This document shows, one piece after another, positions 35,531-50,610 of a DNA stretch of 64,000 nt. The translations under genes and the position numbers were made by a program. The first letter of the stretch is position 1. Each line of letters starts with the position of its first letter. The notes under the pieces were generated by a model. The model saw nothing but the letters and a program-made list of their open reading frames with translations. It ran no database searches and was not told where the DNA came from. This stretch comes from Macrostomum lignano (taxonomy: Eukaryota): assembly GCA_002269645.1 (NCBI GenBank), contig NIVC01002282.1, forward strand, positions 1-64,000, given 5' to 3'.

Positions 35531-35720
35531 TTGGACCGCTTAACTGCGGCCAGCTGCAAATTCTGTACCCCTCACTGCCGCCTCCCCCGCCCCTCAGATC
35601 CCTGCAGTCTGTTCCCCCTAATCAAAGTATCGCCTGAGCCAAAGAGCCTGTTGATATAAAAGAGGCTCCAAGAGACGCTTCCTTGAGCACCGCGACAACC
35701 CCCCCGCCCCATCCTCGCAG

Positions 35721-36004
35721 ACTCGTCCGCAGCCCCTGCTGTTCAGTTGGGCAGCAGACGGAGCAGCCGGAAGGCGAAACCTACGAAAAGTTTCTTCGAT
35801 CTGCAGGCGTCCACTCTGTGGTCGGGTAAGCGGCGGGCTTCCACGGCCACCGCGCCGGCATTCGAGTCGGCCGCTGAGGAGGGAGACGGGACACCGCCTG
35901 ATGAGAAGTCGCGCTGCTTGGATATTGGCAGAATTGACCGTGGAAATGGCAGTTCGGATACACTGACTGCGCGGCAGACTAATGGGGAGGGAGGGAAAGC
36001 ACAG
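35721..36004 (+). CDS. ZMYND8-like gene, internal exon
   Basis: ctcgcag|AC...CAG|gtatgg; open frame; phase 0 joins 42715. Confidence 0.6.
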
Positions 36005-36010
36005 GTATGG

Positions 36011-36557
<547 letters not shown>

Positions 36558-36914
36558 TGTCAAGTCGCGCCCAGTAAACGATGACAAGGCCGCCCGTGGG
36601 CTTGGTTTGAGTCAAGTACGAAGTTGTGTATTTGAGATGAGCGAATTATTGCAATGATTGTGAGATACGAGGTGGTAGGTGGCGAGACCAATATATAGGC
36701 TTAAAAGACAAACAAGTAAGTGGGCTTAAAACTCAGAATCGATCACTACTGAATATTATCATGTCAAGGGGGAGAGAGAAAAAGTACGCAGAGCAGCGTA
36801 CACTGGAGTAGGCCGGTTTGGTTAGTTAGGCTGGCTGGCTAGTTAGAGTTACTCATAATTGGACTCAGGTGAGTCAGGTGCAGTGCAGTACATCAAAACA
36901 CGCCCGGCACCTCA
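36558..36914 (-). repeat. 3' LTR
   Basis: By eye it differs from 40833-41189 at one position (GCCCAGT vs GCCGAGT). Confidence 0.95.
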
Positions 36915-39900
36915 TCTCCCCCCTTCGAATCGCAACGGGGGCACGCCTCGATTCGCTCGGAGGTTGTAGCTCGGTCTCTGAGCCGTAGTCGCCTTGTCAG
37001 TTCCGGCTCTGCTCTCCGCTAAGCGGTTGTGGCCACCGGACTCGGGAGTACTCGGGACTGAGCTCGCCGCCGCCTGGTTCTCCACCTGCTCTGACGTGGC
37101 CGAGACCGGAGGTCCGTCGCTGCCGGGCGTCACTGTTGGCAGGTCGGCGGGCTTCGCCGCCCCCTCGGAGCGGAGGTTGCCGTTCAGGTCGGTTGTCGCA
37201 GTCGCGCCGCCCTCATTGTCGTCAGGCTCGTGTCGCCGAAGTTGGTCAAGGTGGGCGAGTGTGACTCTGTTGCCTTGTCGCACGATCAGCGCCGTGTTGG
37301 ATCCCTTCTGCGCTAGGAATTCTGCCTTCTCCGGGATCGCGCCTCTCCTTGGGGCGTACCACACCTCGGACCGGATTGCTGTTCTCATGGTGATGGGGTT
37401 CCGCAGCTGCCTGCCCATCAGCTGCGCTGGACTGAACTCTCTTCCGGCATGCGGCACGCATCGGTAGTTTAGCAGAATCCGCGCGAGGAACGCGTCGTAC
37501 GACTCCTGCTGGTCCCAGCCCGCCGAGGCCACCTTGATCGTCTGCACCATGCGCTCAGCCAGGCCGTTCGACTGGGGGTGGTATGGCGGAGTTTTCACAG
37601 CGCGGCAGCCAATTCTGCTCAGCCAACTCACCAACCCTTCATCATGAAATTCAGCAGCATTGTCACTCACCAGGGTTCGTGGAACTCCATTGCGGGCGAA
37701 GACCTCCTGGAGGACCTTCCTGACGGTCGCGGCGCTCTTGTCCGGCACTCGGACGGCCTCCGGCCAGGCGGACATGGCGTCGACCAGGACCAGCAGGAGC
37801 CCGACCTTTGGGACGTGAGCGTGGTCCATGTGGACGCGTCCCCAGGGTTCAGAGTCGGCCGGCCATTGATGGACGCTGCTGTGGCCGCTTTGGCGTTGCT
37901 TGGCGCAGGTGTGGCAGGCACGGACGAATCCTTCCACGTCGCCGCAGTAGCCTGGCCACCAGACGGAGTTGCGGACCAGCGCTCGTGTGCTCGAGGCACC
38001 GGGGTGCGCCCCGCTGTGTACCAACTCCAGGACGCGGCTTCGCAAAGACGAGGGAATGACTGGCCGGTCTCCGTAGCACACTACCGAGTCGTCTATTGTA
38101 AGCGCGTGACGAATTGCCTTGAAGGGCCGCTCTGCAGGGGAGCAGCCCGACCAGCGATTTCCGGCTATCCTGCGCATGACATCTGCTAGCAGCCTGTCAC
38201 GTTTTGTCTCCTCTGCTAGCTCATCCCAACCAATGACGCTTTCACCAGCCCAATGCACCAGGTGGTGGTGGTGAGTCGCAGCTTCAGCCTGGTCGTCCGG
38301 AACGTCGGCAAAGTCGAGCCGGGAGAGCGCATCGGCGTGCGGAATTTGGGCTCCTCGGACGTACTCAATTGCGAAGTCGAACCCCATGAGGCGGATGGCC
38401 CAGCGAAGCAGTCGAGCGTTGGCGACCTTGGGGAGTTGTTGTCTTGTTCCAAACAGGAACTCTAGAGGGCGGTGGTCCGTTCGCAGTGTGAAACGCTTGC
38501 CTAGAAGGAATTGTCGAGCCCTCTCCATCGCCCAAACAATCGCCAGAGCCTCCCGCTCGATGTTGGAGTAGCGCGCCTCCGCCTGTGTCAATCGCCGGCT
38601 GAAGTAGATGACGGGGTGCCCTTCCTGCGTGAGCACGGCGGCCACCGCCTTTTCACTGGCGTCTGTCGTCAGCGTTGTCTCTTTGGCTCGGTCATAAGGC
38701 TGGATGATCGGGCCGGAGCTCAGCAGCTTCTTCAGCTGGTGGAAGGCCGCTTCTTGCGCAGCTCCCCACACAAACTCCGCTCCCTTCTTGCGCAGCTGGT
38801 TCAAAGGCTCGACAACGTGCGCATAGTTGTTGACAAACCTTCCGAAGAAATTGCAGAGACCAAGGAACGACTCTAACTGGCGACGGTCGCGTGGCGCGGA
38901 GATCTCCATGATTTTGCTGACCAGGCCGGGGTCTGGCGAGATTCCGTCTGCGCTGATTTTGTAGCCCAGGAACTTGACTGTCTTGGCCCCCAGGTTGGAT
39001 TTGGCGAGATTTATGTTCATGCCGGCCGCCTGTAGGGTCTTGATTACTTCATCAACCTTGGCCTTGAGACCCTCGGCAGATTGACCTCCGATAAGGATGT
39101 CGTCTTGATAAATGACCTTGCCGCTTACGTCCTCGAGGGTGGTCTCCATTGCCTTTTGAAAGATGGCGGATGCTGACTTGAGGCCAGGCACTAGTCGGGT
39201 GTAGCGGAACAGCCCTAAAGGAGTTGCAATCGTGGTGACCTCCCTGCTCTTCTCCTCGAGCTCGATCTGTAAGTAGGCGTCAGATAGGTCGAGAGTGGCA
39301 AAGTCAGTCATTCCGGCAACGTCCGAGAAGATCGTTTCGACGGTTGGCATGGGGTAGGTGTCCCCGCACACCTGATGGTTGACCCCCGCTTTGTAGTCGG
39401 CGCAAATTCTGACATTGCCATTAGGTTTTAGGACGCAGACGATCGGGGACGCCCATTCGCTGCCGCCCTCCGTCACCGGCTCGATGATGCCCTCAGTCAC
39501 GAGACGCTTTAGCTCCTGATTGACGCGGTCACGCAGGTGCAGCGGCACTGCTCTGGCTGCGCAGTAGAAAGGCTTGGCACCCTCAATCAGCTTGATCCTG
39601 GCCTGGAAGCCTTTCAGACAATCGAGATGTTGAACTACGGAATCCTGAGCACTGGCTGCCTGGCCTTCGGGGTTCCAATCCAGATTGTCAAGACCCAGCA
39701 GTCCATGTGACTTGCGCGCTGCTGTGACCACCAAGTCGACTGTGCGGAACTTTTCTTGGTCATCCCACGTGGCAGTGAACTCTCCCAGGGTTCTTATGAT
39801 CGATCCGTCGAACTGTCTCAGAATTCGTCTGGATTTCCTCAGTGCTGGGCATCCAAGTGTCTCCCAGTGGCCCCGTGCAATGAGACTCACATCAGCGCCC

Positions 39901-40832
39901 GTATCTACCTGCATTTGCAGCTCCTTGCCGTTGATTTTGACCTGCCGGAAGATGCCGTTCCGCTCTCTGCGCTCCGGTCTGATGACGAAGACGTTGGCAG
40001 TATCTCGCTCCATCTCGGCGCCTTCGTTCTCCTCCCAGGTCTCCAAATGCACGGTGCGGGACCTGCATACGGCTGCGAAGTGGTTTTTCCTGTTGCAGGC
40101 GGTGCACCGCTTGCCGAACGCAGGGCATGCGCCTTGCTGGTGCAAACCGCCGCAATATTGGCACTTCGTCTTGCTGATGTTCCTCGGTGGTCTGGTGTCC
40201 GGCGCTGGCTGTGGGGGCGTGCCGCGCCGCCCTGCATAGGCGATGCTGGCCTCGGTGTTGGCAGCGGCCCCGGTGCTGGTGTTGTAGCAGCGGATTTGCT
40301 CAAGTTGCTCAAGTGTTTGCAGCACCTCGTTCAGCAGCATGTCGGTAGCTTGCATTCTCTCCAACAGTCTATGTTTGTGGTCCACAGAGGCGAGTCCGTC
40401 CACGAGCCGCATGGTGATGAGCTCGTCCTCGCTTGACTGTTTCGTCCCGAGCTTCTCAAAGCTGCACGTAGCCGCTGCTGCACGGAGTCGGCGGTAGTAG
40501 GAGGCGACACTTTCGCTTGGGTCCTGCCTGAGGGCGAGGAATTTTGCTCGTTCGGCAATATCGAGGCGCTTCTTTGGCCGGATTGTCTCCTTGATGATGT
40601 CTCGAATTTGTTCAAATGTTTTTTTCTCCAGGCTGGTCGGGGCAGCCATGAGGGACAGCGTTCTCAGTGCCTTGAGACCTGCCCTGGCGAGGAATAGATC
40701 GGTGATCTGCCGATCTTCTTCTGTGTCCGTCAGTTTCTTGGTTCGTGCGGCAGCCGCAAAGCTGAGCAGCCAGGCTTCGGCTGTGTCTGGGTCATCCAAG
40801 TTTAGTTCGGAGTTGTTTGCTTGCGACGCCAT
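36912..40832 (-). CDS. Gag-pol polyprotein (Zn knuckles, protease, RT, RNase H, integrase), 1306 aa
   Basis: CQYCGGLH..CPAFGKRCTACNRKNHFAAVC; VDTGA; CADYK and YQDD; TDAS, EREALAIVW and TDHRPL; HPG..CHTC, SDN and PYHPQSNGLAER. Confidence 0.97.
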   Translation of the reverse strand: MASQANNSELNLDDPDTAEAWLLSFAAAARTKKLTDTEEDRQITDLFLARAGLKALRTLSLMAAPTSLEKKTFEQIRDIIKETIRPKKRLDIAERAKFLALRQDPSESVASYYRRLRAAAATCSFEKLGTKQSSEDELITMRLVDGLASVDHKHRLLERMQATDMLLNEVLQTLEQLEQIRCYNTSTGAAANTEASIAYAGRRGTPPQPAPDTRPPRNISKTKCQYCGGLHQQGACPAFGKRCTACNRKNHFAAVCRSRTVHLETWEENEGAEMERDTANVFVIRPERRERNGIFRQVKINGKELQMQVDTGADVSLIARGHWETLGCPALRKSRRILRQFDGSIIRTLGEFTATWDDQEKFRTVDLVVTAARKSHGLLGLDNLDWNPEGQAASAQDSVVQHLDCLKGFQARIKLIEGAKPFYCAARAVPLHLRDRVNQELKRLVTEGIIEPVTEGGSEWASPIVCVLKPNGNVRICADYKAGVNHQVCGDTYPMPTVETIFSDVAGMTDFATLDLSDAYLQIELEEKSREVTTIATPLGLFRYTRLVPGLKSASAIFQKAMETTLEDVSGKVIYQDDILIGGQSAEGLKAKVDEVIKTLQAAGMNINLAKSNLGAKTVKFLGYKISADGISPDPGLVSKIMEISAPRDRRQLESFLGLCNFFGRFVNNYAHVVEPLNQLRKKGAEFVWGAAQEAAFHQLKKLLSSGPIIQPYDRAKETTLTTDASEKAVAAVLTQEGHPVIYFSRRLTQAEARYSNIEREALAIVWAMERARQFLLGKRFTLRTDHRPLEFLFGTRQQLPKVANARLLRWAIRLMGFDFAIEYVRGAQIPHADALSRLDFADVPDDQAEAATHHHHLVHWAGESVIGWDELAEETKRDRLLADVMRRIAGNRWSGCSPAERPFKAIRHALTIDDSVVCYGDRPVIPSSLRSRVLELVHSGAHPGASSTRALVRNSVWWPGYCGDVEGFVRACHTCAKQRQSGHSSVHQWPADSEPWGRVHMDHAHVPKVGLLLVLVDAMSAWPEAVRVPDKSAATVRKVLQEVFARNGVPRTLVSDNAAEFHDEGLVSWLSRIGCRAVKTPPYHPQSNGLAERMVQTIKVASAGWDQQESYDAFLARILLNYRCVPHAGREFSPAQLMGRQLRNPITMRTAIRSEVWYAPRRGAIPEKAEFLAQKGSNTALIVRQGNRVTLAHLDQLRRHEPDDNEGGATATTDLNGNLRSEGAAKPADLPTVTPGSDGPPVSATSEQVENQAAASSVPSTPESGGHNRLAESRAGTDKATTAQRPSYNLRANRGVPPLRFEGGR

Positions 40833-42671
<1,839 letters not shown>

Positions 42672-42714
42672 CAGTATAGTTGATGGATAAGATTGAACCC
42701 AATGCATTTCGCAG

Positions 42715-43314
42715 AAGCCGGCAGTGCAAAAAGCTATTAACATGCTCCCACCGAAAGAAGACTCTACAGCAGCAGCAGCAAACTCAGTCAGCCAGAAGCT
42801 CCGCGAACAGCAGCGCTGGCTCATCGAAAGCATCAAAGAGGGCGCCATTAACGCCTTCGCCAAGATAGTCGAACATCGACTGCACCCGTCGGCGTCGGCG
42901 CCACCCGGACCGGCGGCCAACTCGGAGCCCGAGAGCGCGGCGCAGCTGGCCCAGCGCCTGGAGCTGATGACGCGGCAGCACGCAGTTGAGACAGCCGAAC
43001 TGCAGATGCTGCACCAGCTGCAGCTGGCGGAGCTCCGGCACAACCACACGGTGGCGCTGTGCGAGCACCGAGCCGCCCTGGACCTGGAGAAGCAGGCAGC
43101 CCTGGCCGAGGCGCTCCGCTTCCAGGAGTCTGAGATGGCGCGCCAGATCGAGGCTGTGAAATCGCGTCAATGGTGCGCCACCTGCGGCAGGGAGGCGTTC
43201 TTCTACTGCTGCTGGAACACCTCCTACTGCGATGCCGCCTGCCAGCAGAGACACTGGCCGGCGCACATGGCGACCTGCGCTCAGCGGGGCTCTCAGGTTG
43301 CTGGGCGGCGATGA
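42715..43314 (+). CDS. ZMYND8: ZMYND8/ZMYND11-type coiled-coil + MYND finger, last exon
   Basis: [40 protein letters not shown] resembles ZMYND8 [40 protein letters not shown]; acceptor ttcgcag|AAG. Confidence 0.88.
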   Translation, partial: [199 protein letters not shown]

Positions 43315-43413
43315 GATAAGATGAGGTGCTGCTCGATTGTACATAGGGATGCTGAGTAGTTTCTGAGCGTTTTGTACAACATTTTTCTGTGTAAATAAAG
43401 TGCAGCTTCATTA

Positions 43414-43742
43414 GGCGCTATCAATGTGGCGCTATCAATGTGGCGCTATCAATGTGGCGCTATCGATGTGGCGCTATCGATGTGGCGCTATCAATGTGGC
43501 GCTATCAATGTGGCGCTATCAATGTGGCGCTATCAATGTGGCGCTATCAATGTGCCGCTATCAATGTGGCGCTATCAATGTGGCGCTATCGATGTGGCGC
43601 TATCAATGTGCCGCTATCAATGTGGCGCTATCAATGTGGCGCTATCAATGTGCCGCTATCAATGTGGCGCTATCAATGTGCCGCTATCAATGTGGCGCTA
43701 TCAATGTGCCGCTATCAATGTGGCGCTATCAAGGTGGCGCTA
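43414..43742. repeat. 14-bp minisatellite (GCTATCAATGTGGC)
   Basis: About 23 units. Confidence 0.95.
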
Positions 43743-44319
43743 TATAAAGTAATTAATCAATTTTGATTACGTCATAATGCAATTATTTTAATTGAGTAGA
43801 TACTCATGAATAGAAGTACTGCATGCACTTCCTGATCTTTACATTTCATTCCTTTATATTAACGCTTAACATTTTATCGTTGCATTGCCAAACTCTAGTA
43901 TAGACCAATAGACACTTGTAAATACATCACTGTACACAGATGAATGTACGCCCCTAGCTCATGGAAATTCCATGGGCTGTCCTGTGTGATGTATTCTATA
44001 AACATTTTGTCGTTAAAAGACTGTCCCTCTTTTGCTAATGCCCATTGACTTTAGCAATGTCCTACCTAATACCTCTATTTGCCTAACAACTTTGCTTCAG
44101 TTGAAAACAAAAACTAATCATTTTGCTTAGAAAGCTTTTCACCCAATTTACTTTCCATTGACTTGTGCTAAACCGTGGTAGAAAAAGGCCATGTTGAAAC
44201 TGAAATAATACTCACCTACTTTGATGCTTTATTATTCATTTTACTGACCAACAAAAACTAACAAAAGTCAATTCTTCATACTAATAAATGTTCATTTATC
44301 GGCTTTGAGGATGAAAGAA

Positions 44320-44985
44320 GATCAGAGAGAGGGTTGAGAGGAGATTGGAGAGAGAGTGAGAGGAGATTGGAGAGAGGGTGAGAGGAGATCAGAGAGAGGG
44401 TGAGGGGGGATCAGAGAAAGGGTGAAAGAAGATCAGAGAGAGAGAGAGTGAGAGGGGATTATGGAGTGAGAGGGAATTATAGGGTGAGAGGATATCAGTT
44501 AGTGTGAAAGGAGCCCAGAGAGAGGGTGAGAGGAGATCAGAGACAGGGTGAGGGGGGATCAGAGAAAGAGAGAGATGGTGAGAGGAGATCACAGAGAGAG
44601 AGAAAGAGGAGGATGAGAGGAGATCATAGGGTGAGAAGAGATCAGAGAGAGAGGGGTTGAGAGAAGATCAGAGAGAGAGAGAGGGTAAGAGTAGAGAGGG
44701 TGAGAGAAGATCATAGAGAGAGAGGGTAAGAGTAGAGAGGGTGAGAGAAGATCAGAGAAAGAGGGTGAGAGGAGATCATCAGAGAGAGGGTGAGCGGAGA
44801 TCAGAGAGAGAGAGGGTGAGAGGAGATCAGAGAGAAAGAAGAGGCTGAGCGGAGATCAGAGAGAGACTGAGCGGAGATCAGAGAGAGGGTGAGCGGAGAT
44901 CAGAGAGAGGGTGAGCGGAGATCAGAGAGAGGGTGAGCGGAGATCAGAGAAAGACGGTGAGAGGAGATCAGAGAGATCAGTGAGA
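44320..44985. repeat. Degenerate purine-rich repeat (GAGAGGAGATCAGAGAGAGGGT)
   Basis: Read directly. Confidence 0.85.
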
Positions 44986-45639
44986 TTCTAGAACAGTCTA
45001 AGCATGAATCAATGCATGACACAGATTCATCGGTAAATCTAGACTGTTACCAGATATGATCATTTTCATTTCTTGAAAAAATTTGTCATATTTCACGGAA
45101 AAATTTATGACTAACATGGGAGCCATTGGTTCACTGTGATAATCACAATTGGCACTGGTTTTCTTATCGCACAAATTTATCTGTCTGTTATCTGGCAAAG
45201 GACATTTTAGTTTCTGTGAAAGCTTGGCGCATTTGAGATCTGTGATAAGGGGCGTCAGTTGCTGTGCTGTCAGCATTCAGGAGTTGCCACTGAACTGTGA
45301 GTGGGGCTTGAAATGTCAAGGCAAAGTCAACCGATCGATAATATTCAGGCCAGAAACTGGGTTTTGCTGATGTGATCAGCGGTTTAAGGCTAAGCGCTTT
45401 TAATTGTTCAGCGTAATCATATAGGCTACAAATCTATAAATAGCTATATTCCTGCGATAATTAGAGGTCAAAAAATTATTCAAAAAGGGCAAGGTACAAG
45501 AAAGATTTTATTAGGGACGTCTAAAATAAAATAATTGTAGCCTGAATTTCAAATTTTCTACTTTAAGTAGAGTGTTGCGAGATCTCTTGAGAGTATAGGA
45601 GTTCGCATTCTTTGTTCGAGCATTTAGATTTAGCTTTGA

Positions 45640-46812
<1,173 letters not shown>

Positions 46813-47297
46813 GCCCAAAGGGAACTTAGTACAGTGCATAAATGATGTCATGCATGCTTGAAGCAGTGCTGTGTTGACTGCACTGCTCGCAAACCTCATG
46901 ATGTACGTGGGCCGACGTGCACACCTTATATACTCGTATATCTAAATAAGCAGCGAAATTTAGCATGTTAGATAGAGATAAGAAATCAAACATGCAGAGA
47001 GGCAGTTTTTGTTGTTTGAAAAACCCAATCTTCACACACTCCCTATGCATGCTCGGTCACTCATCCTGTTTCCGGTTTACAATTGGATGCGAAACTGTCT
47101 GCTTTGCCAGAAAGCGCGCACAAACGAATCTCGATGAACTGAATGTGCACCCAGCGGTTAGCGCGAGTTTCACCAGCAAGAGAGAGAGAATTTGCAGTTG
47201 CGTAGTATTAAATCATTCAACACCTTGTGTTCAAATTAGCTATCAACATAATTACCTAATACCCGTAGTAATCCTTGTCTCCGCAAATTCGTTTCCA

Positions 47298-47891
47298 ATG
47301 CAGGCGGTGAAATGTGTTGTCGTTGGCGATGGGGACGTTGGCAAGACTTGCCTGCTCATGTCCTACTCAGAGAACGCCTTCCCGGCCGAGTACACGCCCA
47401 CAGTGTTTGACAACTACTCCACCAACATCGTGATTGACAGCAAGCCTGTCTGTCTCGGCTTCTGGGACACGGCCGGACAAGAGGACTATGACCGGCTCAG
47501 ACCGCTGAGCTACCCCAAGACCGACATCTTCCTGATCTGCTTCTCCCTGGTGAACCCACACAGCCGGGACAATGTCCTGGCCAAGTGGTACCCGGAACTA
47601 CAGCACCACTGCGGCAATGCACCCATCATTCTGGTTGGAACCAAGAGCGACTTGAGAACTGATCCGGACAAGCTCAAGGAGCTCGAACGGTTCGGTCAGA
47701 AACCCGTGAGCACAGAGGAGGGCCGTCGATTGGCTCACGAGATCCGCGCCGAGGCCTACATGGAGTGCTCTGCCAAGCTGAACATGGGACTCAAAGAGCT
47801 CTTTGAAGAGGCCGTGATGTGCGTGCTCAAGATGAGAAAGAAGAGAAGTCAGCCGAGGCGGCGGTTCAGTGGATTCTGTTCGGTTTTGTGA
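47298..47891 (+). CDS. Intronless Rac-like Rho-family GTPase, 197 aa
   Basis: [55 protein letters not shown], polybasic tail and CAAX CSVL. Confidence 0.93.
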   Translation: MQAVKCVVVGDGDVGKTCLLMSYSENAFPAEYTPTVFDNYSTNIVIDSKPVCLGFWDTAGQEDYDRLRPLSYPKTDIFLICFSLVNPHSRDNVLAKWYPELQHHCGNAPIILVGTKSDLRTDPDKLKELERFGQKPVSTEEGRRLAHEIRAEAYMECSAKLNMGLKELFEEAVMCVLKMRKKRSQPRRRFSGFCSVL

Positions 47892-47964
47892 ACTTTTGAC
47901 TCTGTGCTCAACTTGACTGACTCAAACTGGTCTGTACTGGCTGACCGTGTGATACTGTGGTGTG

Positions 47965-48228
47965 GTTGGGATGTGTAACACCTGTGTGATAATTGGGGTG
48001 TGTAACACCTGTGTGATAATTGGGGTGTGTAACACCTGTGTGATAATTGGGATGTGTAACACCCGTGTGATAATTGGGGTGTGTAACACCTGTGTGATAA
48101 TTGGGATGTGTAACACCTGTGTGATAATTGGGGTGTGTAACACCTGTGTGATAATTGGGGTGTGTAACACCTGTGTGATAATTGGGATGTGTAACACCTG
48201 TGTGATAATTGGGGTGTGTAACACCTAT
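47965..48228. repeat. 27-bp minisatellite (GTGTAACACCTGTGTGATAATTGGGGT)
   Basis: About 10 units, starting about 75 bp after the Rac stop codon. Confidence 0.95.
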
Positions 48229-48599
48229 CAGATAGGGTAGGGTTTTGACACCTGGGCACCTGTTTCTAAGGCTACTACTGGTCGCGTGGCAACCTGTACT
48301 CGAGTTTACCCTGTGTAATGAAACTTATAGTTTGCTAAATAATTTTTTTGCACTCCGAATCGTAACGTATCAGCATTGAGCTCTTGACGCTTGCGTGCAA
48401 CCTATAATATTATTTAATTTCACCTTCATATGCTTATCAAGATCCACTCAAGACAAAAGTGTAAATTACCGATAGGCTGAATTTACTACAAAGAATTTTA
48501 AGAAATATATTCACCAAATCTTTTGTACATGTATTCTACTGCATGCTAATACTGCTGGGTCAGTATTGCCTGTCTGTGTGTTGTCGCAGGATAGATAAG

Positions 48600-49035
48600 G
48601 TAGACAGAGTAGGCAGGGTAGACAAGGTAGTCACGGTAGACAGCTGGTAGACATGGTAGTTAGGGTGAACACGGTAGTTCGGGTAGACACGGTAGTCAGG
48701 ATAGTTAGGGTTGATAGGGTATTCAGGGTAGTCAGGGTAGTCAGGGTAATTATGATAGTCAGGGTAGACACGGTAGTCAGGTAAAAACGATAGTTAGGGT
48801 AGAAACGGTAGTCAGGGTAGACACGGTAGTTAGGGTAGACACGGTAGTCAGGGTAGACACGGTAGTTAGGGTGGACACGGTAGTCAGGGTGGACACGGTA
48901 GTCAGGGTAGACACGGTAGTCAGGGTAGACACGGTAGTCAGGGTAGACACGGTAGTTAGGGTAGACACGGTAGTCAGGGTAGACACGGTAGTCAGGGTAG
49001 ACACGGTAGTTCGGGAAGTCAGGTAGTCAGGGTAG
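48600..49035. repeat. 18-bp minisatellite (GGGTAGACACGGTAGTCA)
   Basis: Read directly. Confidence 0.9.
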
Positions 49036-49604
49036 TCAGAGTGGACCCGCGTATTGGTGCCGCAAGTGCACGACATTCACTGTAAGCAAAAGAAAAGAAC
49101 TCCTTTATAATGTGGCTACTTATGTCAGTAGTAGCTAGCCAAATGCTACTAACAAGTAGCTATAGGAGATAACATAAAAGCCGCTGATTTAACAAGTTTG
49201 TCGTCAGTTTATTTTCGCCAAGGTGTCAGCAACATGTATGATAATAATATGACACGGGGAGACAGCGGTTCTGCGACTGCTTGGGGGAGGAGCTGAGATC
49301 TCCCTGGAGTGTTTTCGTGGGGTTGGGTGGAGTTCGGCCGCTTCGTAACGGAGAAAATAACAATCAATATTGTCAGTGAGTTTACTGCTTGATCGCTTGT
49401 GCTTGACTTCCCATGGCGAGTTCCGGAATAATATGGAGGGAAGGAAGGTGAAGAAGTGTCATTTGCTGTGGGAATTTTCGTGATTGAGTTCTGCTTCTGT
49501 GTTTTGTTGAGCAATTTTATTCAATGTTTTTGTTACACAGAGTAGTGGAGCTAACATAGAGTACGGATTAGAAAATGTGATCATAATGAAGGTCTATCTA
49601 CAAG

Positions 49605-50610
49605 CTGGGTAGATAGGGAGATAGGGTAGATAAGGTAGTCAGAGTAGACAGGGTAGACAGGGCATACACGGTAGTCAGGATAGTCAGGGTAGATAGGGTA
49701 GTCAGGGTAGTCAGGATAGTCAGGGTAGATAGGTTAGTCAGGGTAGATAGGGTAGTCAAGGTAGATAGGGTAGTCAAGGCAGATTGGGTAGTCGTAGATA
49801 GGGTAGTAAAGGTACGTCGATAGGGTAGTCAGGGTAGATAGGGTAGTCAGGGTAGATAGGGTATTCAAGGTACGTAGATAGGGTAGTCAGGGTAGATAAG
49901 GTAGTCAGGGTAGATAAGGTAGTCAGGGTAGATAGGGTAGTCAAGGTACGTAGATAGGGTAGTCAGGGTAGATAAGGTAGTCAGGGTAGATAGGGTAATT
50001 AGGGTAGATAGGGTAGTCAGGGTAGATAGGGTAGTCAAGGTAGATAGGGTAGTCAGGGTCATAGGGTAGTCAGGGTAGATAGGGTAGTCAGGGTAGATAG
50101 GGTAGTCAGGGTAGTCAGGGTAGTCAGGGTAGGCAGGGTAGAAAGGGTAGAAAGAATTCAGAGGGTAGACAGTGAAGTAAGAGTAGACAGAGTAGACAGG
50201 GTGGACAGGGTGGACAGAGTAGACAAAGTAGACAGGGTGGACAGGGTGGACAGAGTAGACAGGGTGGACAGAGTAGACAGGGTGGACAGAGTAGACAGAG
50301 TAGACAGGGTGGACAGAGTAGACAGAGTAGACAGGGTGGACAGAGTAGACAGAGTAGACAGGGTGGACAGAGTAGACAAAGTAGACAGGGTGGACAGAGT
50401 AGACAGAGTAGACAGGGTGGACAGAGTAGACAGAGTAGACAGGGTGGACAGAGTAGACAGATTAGACAGGGTGGACAGAGTAGACAGAGTAGACAGGGTG
50501 GACAGAGTAGACAGGGTGGACAGAGTAGACAGATTAGACAGGGTGGACAGAGTAGACAGAGTAGACAGCTAGGGTGGACAGAGTAGACAGGGTGGACAGA
50601 GTAGACAGTA
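49605..50610. repeat. Related 9/18-bp arrays (GGGTAGATAGGGTAGTCA, then GACAGGGTGGACAGAGTA)
   Basis: Read directly. Confidence 0.9.

Noticed and set aside
46965-47297. N-terminal extension of the Rac ORF
   Set aside because: It starts at a non-optimal upstream codon and has no similarity; [10 protein letters not shown] at 47298 matches the canonical Rac start.
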